Shown here piece by piece: positions 20,620-31,100 of a stretch of 64,000 nucleotides of DNA. The DNA lies in NCBI GenBank assembly GCA_937899865.1, contig CALBRH010000025.1:44176-108175 (forward strand), written 5' to 3'. The notes under the pieces are model-generated. The model was not told the origin of the DNA, made no database searches, and was given only the letters and a program-made list of their open reading frames with translations. This stretch comes from an uncultured euryarchaeote (GTDB taxonomy: Archaea; Thermoplasmatota; Poseidoniia; Poseidoniales; Poseidoniaceae). How positions within the stretch are numbered: position 1 is the stretch's first letter; every line of letters begins with the position of its first letter. Both the position numbers and the translations under genes were made by a program.

Positions 20620-22827
20620 CCACTCGTCATTCAAGGTTAATGGACTCCACAAATGCAATTCATGGCCAGATATTCCATCATCAGCAACAAACATTACCAA
20701 TTCATTATTACCAACTAAATCACCATAGTTTGTCGCATCTGAATTATTTCCAATACCAGTCCATGGGTCGTATACTAACTTAGCCTGTAATGTTGTAACA
20801 TCGAAACTCCACAAACAATGACCGGTATCAAGACCACCTTCCTCGCCATTAGCGATGATTAGGAGATGGTTATCAGTAGCCATCATTCCTCTGATTTCAG
20901 CTGAGTTCATGCCTGGTTGGAATTCATGAATTACCTTAGTGCCTGTAGTAGTTCCATCACTCACACACAACTCTTCTGCAGTGCTGCCGGTAATACAGTC
21001 AAACCAAATTCTGTTATCGAGAATTACTGGCTCAACTCGCTCACTTGGAGCAACCATTAGGCTTGATAGTTCGGTTACAGTATTACTTAGCAAATCATAA
21101 CTCCAAACGGTTGGATCAACACCGGAAATCTGAGCATCAAATATTATCTTGTTTGCAAGTAGATTTAACCCAAGGTTTTCCCCTACGTTAGTTGGTGGGT
21201 TCCCATTACTTTGCAAGGTCATACTGGTTAACCATGAATGACTGCCATCAGTTTGTAATTCGACTAATTGTCGTCCATTTATTCCATCATCAGCAACTAA
21301 AATTGTACTTTGTCCAAGAGATAAAATGGCATTAGGTGAACTATCTTCAAAGCTGTTTAAATTCCAAGACATTAGTTGACCATCATTGCTCAAGTAATGC
21401 ATTTCAAATCCAATATCATCGTGGATTCCAGAAAACCAAATTCCAGATTCATCAACAACAAAAGTAGTACTGGTGTGAGATGAGATTTTGTTTTGTACAG
21501 GATCCAATAGAATTTGGGCGTCCAGTCCAATAAATGGTGCATCGAATAAATTGTATAGACTCACGCCATCAGTCCACATCAAATCATAATTGGAGTCGGA
21601 GAAAACTAAACCATTCATCCATACTATACTGACAGAGTCAGCAATGATTCCATCACCGCTGTATCCAGTGAGTTGCTGGGTGCCACTTGCAGATAGATTA
21701 CTAGTCCATAATTCACGACCATTGACTCCACTATTTGCATCAAATAGCCATAATTCTTCATCATTGACAGTTAGTGATGTAAATCCTAAGTGAAGCCCAG
21801 GGCTAGAATCAGCATTGCCAGGATTGATGTCGATAAGTTGCTGAGTTGTATCAGATGTGCCATGACTAGTCCACAATTCACAACCCGAGGCGCTATCGCT
21901 TCCAGAAGTGATAACCATACTATGAGTTGTAGACCAAGCAAATTCAGAACATTGGCTTGAGTAACCATCAGATACTCCAACAAAGAAATCAGAAATAGGT
22001 CCAAAATTTAATGGCTCACTACAAATCTTTAGTGATTCAACTATCTCGTCATCATGCATAATCTCATCATCTGCAACTCCATCACCATTGCCGTTATCAA
22101 CTCCGAAATTTATGACAAATCCATTACTACAGAGATGTTGAGGGGGGTCGATTCTCTCAACCAATGCTGAATGGCCGCTTGTGCCATCTGCACCATTTAT
22201 GCCGTTAGCGCCAATCATTCCGTTACAGACGAATTCTGAACTGGTGATTTCTTCAGCATCCAATGTATCATTGTCATTAAGATCCAAGCCTACTGAAATT
22301 AGTAGACCACCGTACATGCAGGATTCATTGCCATAATCAATGACAGTTGTGTTTACAAGACTATCAAATCCAGGTATGCCGTTAGGACCAGTAGCTCCTT
22401 GAGGCCCAGACAATCCTTCCTTACCGTGACATAATCTGGTAGTTGAGGTGACTTCATCTTCTTCGAGAATACCATTTCGATTACTATCGTTGCCGATGAA
22501 GATATCTGCTCCTCCTTCAGTACAAATGTGGTCTGCTTCACGCCCTTCTGTACGAACTAAAACCTCTGTGGCATCATTGCCAGATTTGCTTGTTGGGTCG
22601 TCTAAGGAATCGATAATGGTAAATGAGTATGCAGATAGTATTAGAGCAATAATGATGCTAATTGTTTGGATGGCAAGCATAATTCTTTTTTTAGGAATCT
22701 TGTCATTGCTCTCATCTTGTTCAACATTTATGCTACCATCAAGTGGAGGAATGGGTTTGATTGGGGAATCATTAGCAGGTTCTCCTGCAATAGGTCTGAT
22801 ATCATCAAGTTGAGAACTATTGTTCAT
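20608..22827 (-). CDS. Type II membrane protein with Cys/Asp repeat domains, collagen-like triplets and an ELWxxDGT-type beta-propeller
   Basis: N-terminal TM helix; repeats of the form CxxGG..GxDxNxNGxLxxxEI..C; Gly-X-Y runs; blades GCELWTSHGT, GRELWTS, EELCVSDGT and GHELHLW. Confidence 0.7.
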   Translation of the reverse strand: MNNSSQLDDIRPIAGEPANDSPIKPIPPLDGSINVEQDESNDKIPKKRIMLAIQTISIIIALILSAYSFTIIDSLDDPTSKSGNDATEVLVRTEGREADHICTEGGADIFIGNDSNRNGILEEDEVTSTTRLCHGKEGLSGPQGATGPNGIPGFDSLVNTTVIDYGNESCMYGGLLISVGLDLNDNDTLDAEEITSSEFVCNGMIGANGINGADGTSGHSALVERIDPPQHLCSNGFVINFGVDNGNGDGVADDEIMHDDEIVESLKICSEPLNFGPISDFFVGVSDGYSSQCSEFAWSTTHSMVITSGSDSASGCELWTSHGTSDTTQQLIDINPGNADSSPGLHLGFTSLTVNDEELWLFDANSGVNGRELWTSNLSASGTQQLTGYSGDGIIADSVSIVWMNGLVFSDSNYDLMWTDGVSLYNLFDAPFIGLDAQILLDPVQNKISSHTSTTFVVDESGIWFSGIHDDIGFEMHYLSNDGQLMSWNLNSFEDSSPNAILSLGQSTILVADDGINGRQLVELQTDGSHSWLTSMTLQSNGNPPTNVGENLGLNLLANKIIFDAQISGVDPTVWSYDLLSNTVTELSSLMVAPSERVEPVILDNRIWFDCITGSTAEELCVSDGTTTGTKVIHEFQPGMNSAEIRGMMATDNHLLIIANGEEGGLDTGHCLWSFDVTTLQAKLVYDPWTGIGNNSDATNYGDLVGNNELVMFVADDGISGHELHLWSPLTLNDEWLIW

Positions 22828-22932
22828 GGTGATATATCAGAACCTCAATGATATCAAAACTTCCGGTTGAATTGTCAATTAATTGGTCCTTTAGGGGTTT
22901 AGTTCATGAGATAGATAGTACACCCGAGTATC

Positions 22933-24705
22933 ATGGACTTGCCAGATAGGCTTGCTGCTCAACTAGCAGGGGATGAAGGGAAGACCAGGCAAAAGGCCGC
23001 AAGATTAGTAGTAGATTTAGCAGAAATTGCTAATGCTGAAGGCTTTATTGAAGTTGATAATGCTCATGTTTCAGGAGTTTCAGTAATCACTGGGGGGCAT
23101 GGTCTTCGACGCTTCCTTTCCGATTTATCAGATGACGAAGATGGTCAAGTTGCAATCACTACAACATTGAATTCAGCGGGTTGCGATAAGGAAAAAATGC
23201 AAGAGATGGATATTGATTGGCCAGATTTTCTTGAACAGCAATTTGAAATTATTCATGCATACGAGCGTTTGGGAATTGAGGCTACCTTATCTTGCACACC
23301 TTATGACCGAGGAATAGAATTAGATTCGGGAGTAGCATCTTGGGCAGAATCAAATGCTGTTTGTTTTTCTAACTCTTGGACTTCATTGATTACTAATCGA
23401 GAATCCGGATTATCCGCATTGGCTACTGCATTAACTGGCTTTGCTCCGAAGTGGGGTCTTCATTTATCGAAGAACCGGGTGCCAAATATTCTAGTAAATA
23501 TTTCATGTGAACTTAGCGAACTTGCTGATTGGTCAATCCTCGGCGATTGGATTGGTAAACAGGTCAGGCCCGATTGGGATTTGTCTTGGGGGCCGATGCC
23601 ATTTATTCGAGGAATGCCTGAACATGTTTCCTTTGCCAGCAAAAAAGCCTTGACAGCTGCAGCAGCAAATTATGGCTGCCCAATGTTGTGGGCAGAAGGC
23701 CATAGTGCAGATCCACCGCTTGATAAAAATGCGAATGGAGAGTGGCTTGAACCAAAATTAGGCTGGGCAGGTGTGCTTGAATTTACTGAGGAAGACCTAA
23801 TCCAACGATACCAAGATTTAGCACCTAAGGGTCAAGTAGATTTGGTCGTCATTGGGTGTCCACAAGCAAGTCTTGAAGAGATTAGAAGGACTGCTTCAGC
23901 AGTTCGTTCATACGCAGAGATGGGTGCAAAAATACCTAACAACAGATTATGGTTGTTTACTAGTGGTGAGAATTATCAATTAGCTAGTGAAGATGGTAGT
24001 ATCGATTTGTTAGAAGATGCAGGAGTAGTAATTTTACAAGATACCTGTCCAGAGGTCACACCATACAATCGTCAGCATTACAATCATTTGCTTACTAATT
24101 CTCTAAAGGCTGAGCATTATTTGACAAGTGGGCTAAACCGAATACCTACCAGTGTTATGTCGATTCAGGATTGCGTAGCTCATGCTTTTGATCCAGACTT
24201 GTCAAAGGGGGAAAGGCCAGTATTTTCAACCAAGGCTCAACCTCAACACCAATCTTCAAAATCACTGCGTACAGGAGAATATAGTGCACAAGGTAACGGA
24301 CTTTCCTCACAGGGTGATTTTACAATTACAGGTAGGGCTATGTCTACAGATGTTGCAATAACTTATCTTGGCTATGTTAATCGTGACACAGGTGTTATTG
24401 AAGAGACAGGCCATCCTCTTGACGGTCAAGCGATTGAGGACACCATTCTCATCTATCCCAAGGGCTCAGGCTCAACCGTAGCACCATATGTTTTGATGGG
24501 ATTGATTTACACCGACAAAGGCCCTAAGGGAATTGTAAATCGAGATATCTGCTCACTAACCATTCCTGCATGTTCCTTGCTAAATTTGCCCTATGGTCAT
24601 GGATTTGAATCCGATCCATGTATGGAAGTAAATACTGGTGATTTGGTTGAGATGAGTAAAGTTGGCGATAAGGTTACACTTACTGTCCTTGAGCGAGCCG
24701 ATTGA
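22933..24705 (+). CDS. Aconitase X, with catalytic (DUF521) and swivel (DUF126) domains fused
   Basis: AHVSGVS, LSCTPY, SWAESNAVCFSNS, IGCPQAS, DTCPEV, and a C-terminal PKGSGSTVAPY small-domain motif. Confidence 0.85.
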   Translation: MDLPDRLAAQLAGDEGKTRQKAARLVVDLAEIANAEGFIEVDNAHVSGVSVITGGHGLRRFLSDLSDDEDGQVAITTTLNSAGCDKEKMQEMDIDWPDFLEQQFEIIHAYERLGIEATLSCTPYDRGIELDSGVASWAESNAVCFSNSWTSLITNRESGLSALATALTGFAPKWGLHLSKNRVPNILVNISCELSELADWSILGDWIGKQVRPDWDLSWGPMPFIRGMPEHVSFASKKALTAAAANYGCPMLWAEGHSADPPLDKNANGEWLEPKLGWAGVLEFTEEDLIQRYQDLAPKGQVDLVVIGCPQASLEEIRRTASAVRSYAEMGAKIPNNRLWLFTSGENYQLASEDGSIDLLEDAGVVILQDTCPEVTPYNRQHYNHLLTNSLKAEHYLTSGLNRIPTSVMSIQDCVAHAFDPDLSKGERPVFSTKAQPQHQSSKSLRTGEYSAQGNGLSSQGDFTITGRAMSTDVAITYLGYVNRDTGVIEETGHPLDGQAIEDTILIYPKGSGSTVAPYVLMGLIYTDKGPKGIVNRDICSLTIPACSLLNLPYGHGFESDPCMEVNTGDLVEMSKVGDKVTLTVLERAD

Positions 24706-24706
24706 T

Positions 24707-25666
24707 ATGTCAGATATGCGAATTTTAGTTACTGGTGGAGCTGGATTTATCGGTTCATCACTGTGTGAGTCATTGGTTTCAATGGGCCATAAAGTGGTGG
24801 CAATAGACTCTATGTTTCGTGGTAGTGAAGATAACCTTGATGCAATCCTTGGCAGTGAAAATTTTTCCTTGTATGCTGGTGATGTTAGAGATGTTGACGA
24901 CTTAGACACTTGTGTTGAAGCATTAGGAGGCCTGGATTTAGTTTACCATCTTGCTGCAATCAACGGCACGAAATGGTTTCATGAAGCAGCACATTCGGTA
25001 ATTGATGTTAATGTCAATGGCACTCTTAGGACCTTAGAATTAGCCATGGCTCATGATGCAAAATATGTCTTTGCATCTTCACCAGAAGCATTTGGTGAAC
25101 CATTATCTCAGCCAATAACTGATGGCGATTCGATGGTATTTACTGACCCTAGAGAGCACCAAAGACATTCATATGGTGGTAGTAAGTATTTGGGAGAAAT
25201 CGCTTGTCAACATGCAGCTAGAGATGGTTTGAATGTACAAATTATCCGCCCATTCAATACCTATGGTCCAAGATTGTGTGGTGATGAATACGGTCAGGTA
25301 ATTGCAATGTTTTTCAATCAACTAATTGATTCAGGAGTTTTGGCTGTTCATGGTGATGGCAGCCAAACTAGGAGTTTTACTTGGATTGATGATGTTGTCA
25401 AAGGCTTTGTCAGTGCAGGTATGCAAGACTTACCAACTGGAGAAGCATTCAATCTTGGCTCAACTGAAGAAATCTCAATTATTGATTTAGCAACTAAAAT
25501 AACTCAATTTGGCGAGGATGTTGATTTGATTCACAGTGAAGGATATCATGGCGATGTTAAACGAAGGTTGCCAAATATTTCCAACAGCGAGAAATTTCTC
25601 AATTGGAAAGCAAAAGTCTCACTCGATGAGGGTTTGGAAATGATGTGGAACTCACTCAATCTTTAG
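24707..25666 (+). CDS. NAD-dependent nucleotide-sugar epimerase/dehydratase (extended SDR)
   Basis: ILVTGGAGFIGS, YHLAA, FASS, catalytic YGGSK, RPFNTYGP and QTRSFTWIDD. Confidence 0.92.
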   Translation: MSDMRILVTGGAGFIGSSLCESLVSMGHKVVAIDSMFRGSEDNLDAILGSENFSLYAGDVRDVDDLDTCVEALGGLDLVYHLAAINGTKWFHEAAHSVIDVNVNGTLRTLELAMAHDAKYVFASSPEAFGEPLSQPITDGDSMVFTDPREHQRHSYGGSKYLGEIACQHAARDGLNVQIIRPFNTYGPRLCGDEYGQVIAMFFNQLIDSGVLAVHGDGSQTRSFTWIDDVVKGFVSAGMQDLPTGEAFNLGSTEEISIIDLATKITQFGEDVDLIHSEGYHGDVKRRLPNISNSEKFLNWKAKVSLDEGLEMMWNSLNL

Positions 25667-26468
25667 TTCCATAATGCTTGTCTACTTTTTTTGACCATCC
25701 GTTTGGTGCTGCCATGATATTGTCCATGCCATGTTGTGTCAAGACATCTAATCCCGTTTCAGGAATATTATCGCTCGAAGTCCAGATGTGAGTTACTTTC
25801 ATGACTGCAAGTCTTGCAACAGCATTTGGCAATTCTTTTTCTTCAACAAGTTCTACTTCAATTGCAGCAATCGCTTGTTGGATTAACATATCTTCGTCAT
25901 CATTTGGTGTGACATCAATAAGATCCCATTCGCTTTCTTCTGTCGAGATTGGACTGCCCGCCATATCAATCCAATCAACTGCTTGTAAAGTACTTGGCAT
26001 TACATGAAGAATTGCTTTACCGGTCTGGCGCATATTTAGTAAAGTCCCTCGGTATTGCTTGTGTTTGTTTCTACTAAATGATGCGATAAATAGCGGAGGA
26101 GTGTTAGATACGCCCATTACAGATGTAAGCGGAGCGAGATTTTTGATACCGTTCTCATCAATTGTCGAAGCAAGAATCAATGGACGTGGAGAGACGATTC
26201 CTGCCAACCAAGCAGAACGTTCTTTATGGTCCATTTCCATTATATCAATGCGCTTAGGGCTACTTAGATTTGGTCTGGATTTTCTTTCGAACCATGCGTC
26301 AAGTTTCCCTGTATGGATTTCATCGATTGCATGTTGGGTAAATTCGATGTATGTTTGCCAAGCAGGGATTAGTTCATTTTCACCGCGTTCTCTCTTTCTT
26401 GTTATCGAATCATTTGCATAATCAATACATTTCCTGAGGAAGTCTGCAACAACAGCTTTTCTATCCAT
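25656..26468 (-). CDS. Flavin reductase (DIM6/NTAB family) with a helical N-terminal extension
   Basis: GIVSPRPLILASTIDENGIKNLAP and K..TLLNMRQTG motifs after about 65 extra residues. Confidence 0.75.
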   Translation of the reverse strand: MDRKAVVADFLRKCIDYANDSITRKRERGENELIPAWQTYIEFTQHAIDEIHTGKLDAWFERKSRPNLSSPKRIDIMEMDHKERSAWLAGIVSPRPLILASTIDENGIKNLAPLTSVMGVSNTPPLFIASFSRNKHKQYRGTLLNMRQTGKAILHVMPSTLQAVDWIDMAGSPISTEESEWDLIDVTPNDDEDMLIQQAIAAIEVELVEEKELPNAVARLAVMKVTHIWTSSDNIPETGLDVLTQHGMDNIMAAPNGWSKKVDKHYGTKD

Positions 26469-26496
26469 CTAATCACCTCCAGTTATTCCAATATAA

Positions 26497-26967
26497 TTAG
26501 CGCTTGGCATCATATTCTTCTCTTGTCATCAAATAGGTCGCAGGATTGCCTGCCCAAACTTCGTCATTTGGCAAGGATTTTGTTAATACTGCACCAGCAG
26601 CCAGAACTGAATTTTGGCCAATATTACACCCTGGTATTATTGTTGCACCTCCTCCAATAACTGAATTGTGGCCAACTGTAATTGGTTGCCATAATTGTTT
26701 ATTGCCCGATGGAGGATAGCGATCATTCAGTAATGTAGCATTAGGTCCAATGAATACTTCATCACCTAAAATACAGCGATCAGCGATATAGGCGCCACCT
26801 TGTATTCGGCACCTGTCTCCTATAGTTACATCTCTGCCAACATGAGCTAAAGCACCAATAGAACAATCACTTCCAATATTCAAACCTGTTCCAATTGCAC
26901 ATGGTGACCAAGCAACACTGTTGTTTGGCAACTCAATCCTTTCATTAGGAGAGAAGCCACTCGACAA
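26497..26967 (-). CDS. Hexapeptide-repeat acyltransferase (sugar N-acetyltransferase-like)
   Basis: Repeated IGxxCxI hexads, VFIGPNATLLNDRYP, and a terminal WAGNPA. Confidence 0.85.
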   Translation of the reverse strand: MSSGFSPNERIELPNNSVAWSPCAIGTGLNIGSDCSIGALAHVGRDVTIGDRCRIQGGAYIADRCILGDEVFIGPNATLLNDRYPPSGNKQLWQPITVGHNSVIGGGATIIPGCNIGQNSVLAAGAVLTKSLPNDEVWAGNPATYLMTREEYDAKR

Positions 26968-26976
26968 ATTATCGCC

Positions 26977-27459
26977 TCACGCAATGCCAAGTTCAGTAAT
27001 TAATTTTTCAACATGGCCTTTCGCTCTTACGCCATATCCAACCCATTTCAGATTGCCATCACTGCCAATTACGAAGGTAGATCGTGAAGTTCCCATGTAG
27101 GTTCTTCCATACATGCTCTTTTCTCTCCAAGTACCATACAATTCATGCAGTGAAGTATCTTCATCCATCAATAATGGGAAGTTAAGGTCCTGCTTAGCAA
27201 TGAATTTATCATGTGATTTAGCAGAATCCTTTGACACTCCAAGTACAACGTAGTCGCCGTTATTCAAACGCGACATAGAATCTCTAAAGTCACAAGCTTG
27301 ATTAGTACATCCTGGAGTAGAATCTTTTGGATAGAAATACAAAATTACTGTTTTTCCATCTTTCATATATTGTTCTAAAGAATGCTTTTCTCCACTAGAA
27401 TCTAGACATGAAAATTTGGGTGCGGCCTGGCCAACTTCGAGATTAATTACATCGCTCAT
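26977..27459 (-). CDS. bcp: Thioredoxin-dependent thiol peroxidase (BCP/PrxQ)
   Basis: YFYPKDSTPGCTNQAC, GVSKDS and RSTFVI. Confidence 0.93.
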   Translation of the reverse strand: MSDVINLEVGQAAPKFSCLDSSGEKHSLEQYMKDGKTVILYFYPKDSTPGCTNQACDFRDSMSRLNNGDYVVLGVSKDSAKSHDKFIAKQDLNFPLLMDEDTSLHELYGTWREKSMYGRTYMGTSRSTFVIGSDGNLKWVGYGVRAKGHVEKLITELGIA

Positions 27460-27589
27460 GCACAAACCTATCCGATACTATTGATGAATTATTGCATTTT
27501 GGCATATTTTTGTGAAAAATCCGATATTTATGTCTAAATTCGTTAAAATTTATGGCAAAAATGTGGCTTAGTGAGCCTTTTATGCACTT

Positions 27590-27607
27590 TGAATGAAAAA
27601 CCATTCA
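27590..27607. promoter_or_regulatory. Palindrome TGAATG-N6-CATTCA in the divergent promoter region; candidate operator
   Basis: Perfect 6-bp inverted repeat in an AT-rich intergenic region. Function is not shown. Confidence 0.3.
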
Positions 27608-27670
27608 TTACGACTTAAAGCCCCCTAAGCAACCGATTCTTTGAATAACTGCCTTGTACAACCCGTGGCT

Positions 27671-28111
27671 ATGGTAGGGCTACGTCTGTCTCGTCGAGCC
27701 CGAAAGTTTCTGAAGAAGATTCAACGCGCTCCAGGCAAATATGAACTCCAAGAAGCGGCCTCTACAATCCAAGCAGAATTGGATAAGCGACTAATTTCTT
27801 ATGATGAGGCATTGACTCTCGGCAACATCATTCAACATCGTGCTGATCAATTCGTTGACGATGATACAATTGTCTATGCGATTTCAGACCGCGATGCTTA
27901 TCGAAGGACATTGGAGTTGTATCTAAGAGATGCACTCTTAAGCAAGACAGAGCAACTACTGTTGTGGGAAGAAAGGCGCCGTTTAGGAATCAGCGATAGG
28001 GATCACGAACGCCTTCTTGAGCAATTACTTGCTCAGTGGAGGAAACAGGGTAAGAAGGTCAATATCGATAGTTTCGAAGCTCCTAAAGGAGGAGGTGGAG
28101 TTTCTGCTTAA
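27671..28111 (+). CDS. Small helical hypothetical protein; first gene of the operon upstream of arl
   Basis: Open frame overlapping the next gene. The segment YRRTLELYLRDALLSKTEQLLL..RRRLGISDRDH loosely resembles TerB-like helical hairpins. The start could be the TTG at 27641. Confidence 0.7.
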   Translation: MVGLRLSRRARKFLKKIQRAPGKYELQEAASTIQAELDKRLISYDEALTLGNIIQHRADQFVDDDTIVYAISDRDAYRRTLELYLRDALLSKTEQLLLWEERRRLGISDRDHERLLEQLLAQWRKQGKKVNIDSFEAPKGGGGVSA

Positions 28112-31100
28112 CCGTGGTAAAACAGCGATAGCAGTCATGCTGTTAGTTATGTTTGTGACGCCTATGGCAACGCCGTTTGCATCATCTGAAGCAACAACAT
28201 CAGCCAGGGCATCACCTGATTTTAGTGTCACAAATTTCGTATTGGATGGCGCTGGTTCAGTTAAAGACGGTGTCAACATCTATGTTGAGAACGCGACACA
28301 TGTAGCTAGAATAGTTGTTTCAAATACTGGTTCAGCAGCAGGGACAGTCGTTGTTTCATTATATCACCAAGGTTCATCATCATCGGCTAAGACTTTAGTT
28401 TCTGCAATTGAAGTTGGTCCAATTTCACCGGGCACCTCTCACATTCCTGTTTTGATTGATTGGACTGCTTCTCCGGGTAACGGTCAGAGCCTTTATGCTG
28501 AAACGTTCTCATTGTCAGATACAAACTCTGGTAATAATGAGTGGAGGCTTGATTTTGACGTTAGAAGCGCTCCACGTTATCTAGTAGGTACAGTACTAAG
28601 CTCCACTATTCCATCACCAGAGGCCGGACAAACTGAGGCCGTAATTGATAATGGTATTACTCCAATTAACGCAACAGTTCAGAACGACGGCGTAGAAACA
28701 ATTACGGCAAACTTCAAATTGCTATTTGAAGATCCAACAGACCCCGCAATAACTCACAATTTTGAAACAGGTGAGATTTTTATTGACCCAGGTTCACTTC
28801 ATGTCGGCCCGATTCCATCTAATGGTAGTATAAACTTTGATGGTTCTGTGCTAACCGGTATTTGGACTCTTACCGCTTCTGTTGTTTTCATTGGAACTGG
28901 TGGCTGGACGGACACGCATGTCATAAGCACGACTACCGTTAGGTTCTCTGAGTATTCGGCCACACTATCTTCTCCAGCAGATAGAACCACCGAGCCCGGC
29001 TTGGTTACAACTCTAAATTACTGGCTTACCAATACTGGTTCACAAGACGATTTCTTCGATATCGGCATTACTTCTACTCAAGGTTGGGCCGATATGACAT
29101 TAAATACCCAACAAACAACCAGTTTTTCTCCCGGAGTCACTATTAGCATTCAAGTTGAAGTTTCAGTGCCTTTGAATGCAGCTAGAACAGATATTGACAC
29201 TATTGTTTTGACGCTGACTTCAGTGAATGATCCAACCGTTCCAAGATATTCCCTTACGGCTTCAACCATGGTGATGGCAGGTGAGTCATACATTGCAATC
29301 CTAGATATGCCAGCCACAACACAACTTGTAGTCCCTGGCGATGAAGTAGGATTTAATGCCACGATTGAAAACGATGGTAATGCCAAAGGCTCTTATGACC
29401 TCATTGCTGGTTTTTCTACAACATCAAGTAGATGGAGTGTTAGGTTAGGTGCTACTACGACTGCAATTTTGGATCTGGGAGAGGTTGCAACATTTTCAGT
29501 AAACATCACCGTTCCGCCAATCAAAATGCCTAATGATATCGCCGATCATAACAAAGAAGCGGATACTTTGAGTGTATGGGTTCAAGCAATACCATCTAAT
29601 GGCGGTATCCCAGTCACTGCTAGTACTCCATTAGAAGTTGCACCTGTTATCGTTGTAGATCCAGGTTTAGAGGAAGAAACCATTGAACTCACAGTAGATG
29701 ATGTAATAGCAGCAAAGAATGGTAATGGCGTTGAAATATTTAGGCACATGGATATTGAAGTACGACATAATCTAAATAATCCCTTGATAGCTACCGTTGA
29801 TGGATTAATCGAAACGGGCAACTTGTCCTTCACTCCAACTAATAGCGGCGGATTTAGTGAAATTACTAGATGGAACGCGAGTGTTTCTAACGAATCACTT
29901 CTTGCAATGTCATTGGGTAGTACTAAGATTGGCGCATTAGGCGTTCAAGGTCCAGATGCCGATTATCCGTTAGCAGGAGTTTTGAGTGTTCCAGTCGTTG
30001 CATCGATACCAACTCCACCTTTGATTCCTAACTTGGTTACTACTTCGATTGAGCGTAATATATCGATAAATATTCCTTCAATTCAAGGAGCAGATATAGT
30101 AGACAAAGGTCCATTTGATGTCCCACTCGGCGAGACTACTGCTATCCCACTCCTGCTGGAAAATACTGGTAACGATTTAACCTCGTATAGATTGTCAATA
30201 ATGGATGATTTGCCAGATGGTTGGGTTACATCAATAAACACCGCTGGCTCAGGCGGCGATACTATACTTGATTTGTCAGCTGATGTAGCAGACTACCCAG
30301 ATAGTGGAAACTTGCACATGCGCGACTTTGTGTTGAATGTGGCAACAGACCCGCAAGCAGCGGCTTACTCTATTCAAGATGTAAATATCAAGATTGAAGA
30401 TAGTACATCAGGGTTACTAATCGATATAGTTCCCGTTTCGATAAGAGTTGGACCGTATGTTAATGCTTCACTTTCTCCTACCAGTCAATTAGTAGATATC
30501 AACACAACTTTAGCTGAAACTCCGCTTACTAGAGTTTACGTAACAAATACAGGAAATACTCCGACAATCTATTCTTTGTGGCTAGACGATTCTCTCGCAG
30601 GTGAGGTTGATTTTACACTTGAGAGTCCTAATCAAATTTTGATAGCACCCGGATATACTGATTCAGTAAAAGTTCGACTATCTGCCACAAATGATGCAGA
30701 TTCTGATGGTTTTTACAAATCAACGCTTTGGGTTTCAACTGAAACTGGCGTCAATATGAGTGCCGATATCATTGCAAACGTAAGTGAGCAAAGAGATCTA
30801 AGTATCGATGCACCATTCCAAATTGGCGTGCTTCCTGGTCAAGACCAAGTTGTCAACTTCACTGTAACTAACTCTGGGAACCTTGAGGAAACTTTCGATG
30901 TAGAAGTAGCAGTTGATGGAGGCTGGGTAGTAGTTCCAGCCTCTCAATCAATGACTCTGCCAATAGATGAGGAAATACAAGGTAGTGTGACTGTTTCTGT
31001 TCCTGAACTTGGTGAAGGTATTTCTCTTAACGATGGTTCTGTTCATAATTTGACCATTCGCTTGGTTGACCCTGCTACAGAACTTACCGCAGGCGTGGCA

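Noticed and set aside
24707-26967. Epimerase plus acyltransferase as a glycosylation island for the archaellum
   Set aside because: The two genes are on opposite strands, there is no glycosyltransferase or flippase nearby, and the archaellins lack sequons.
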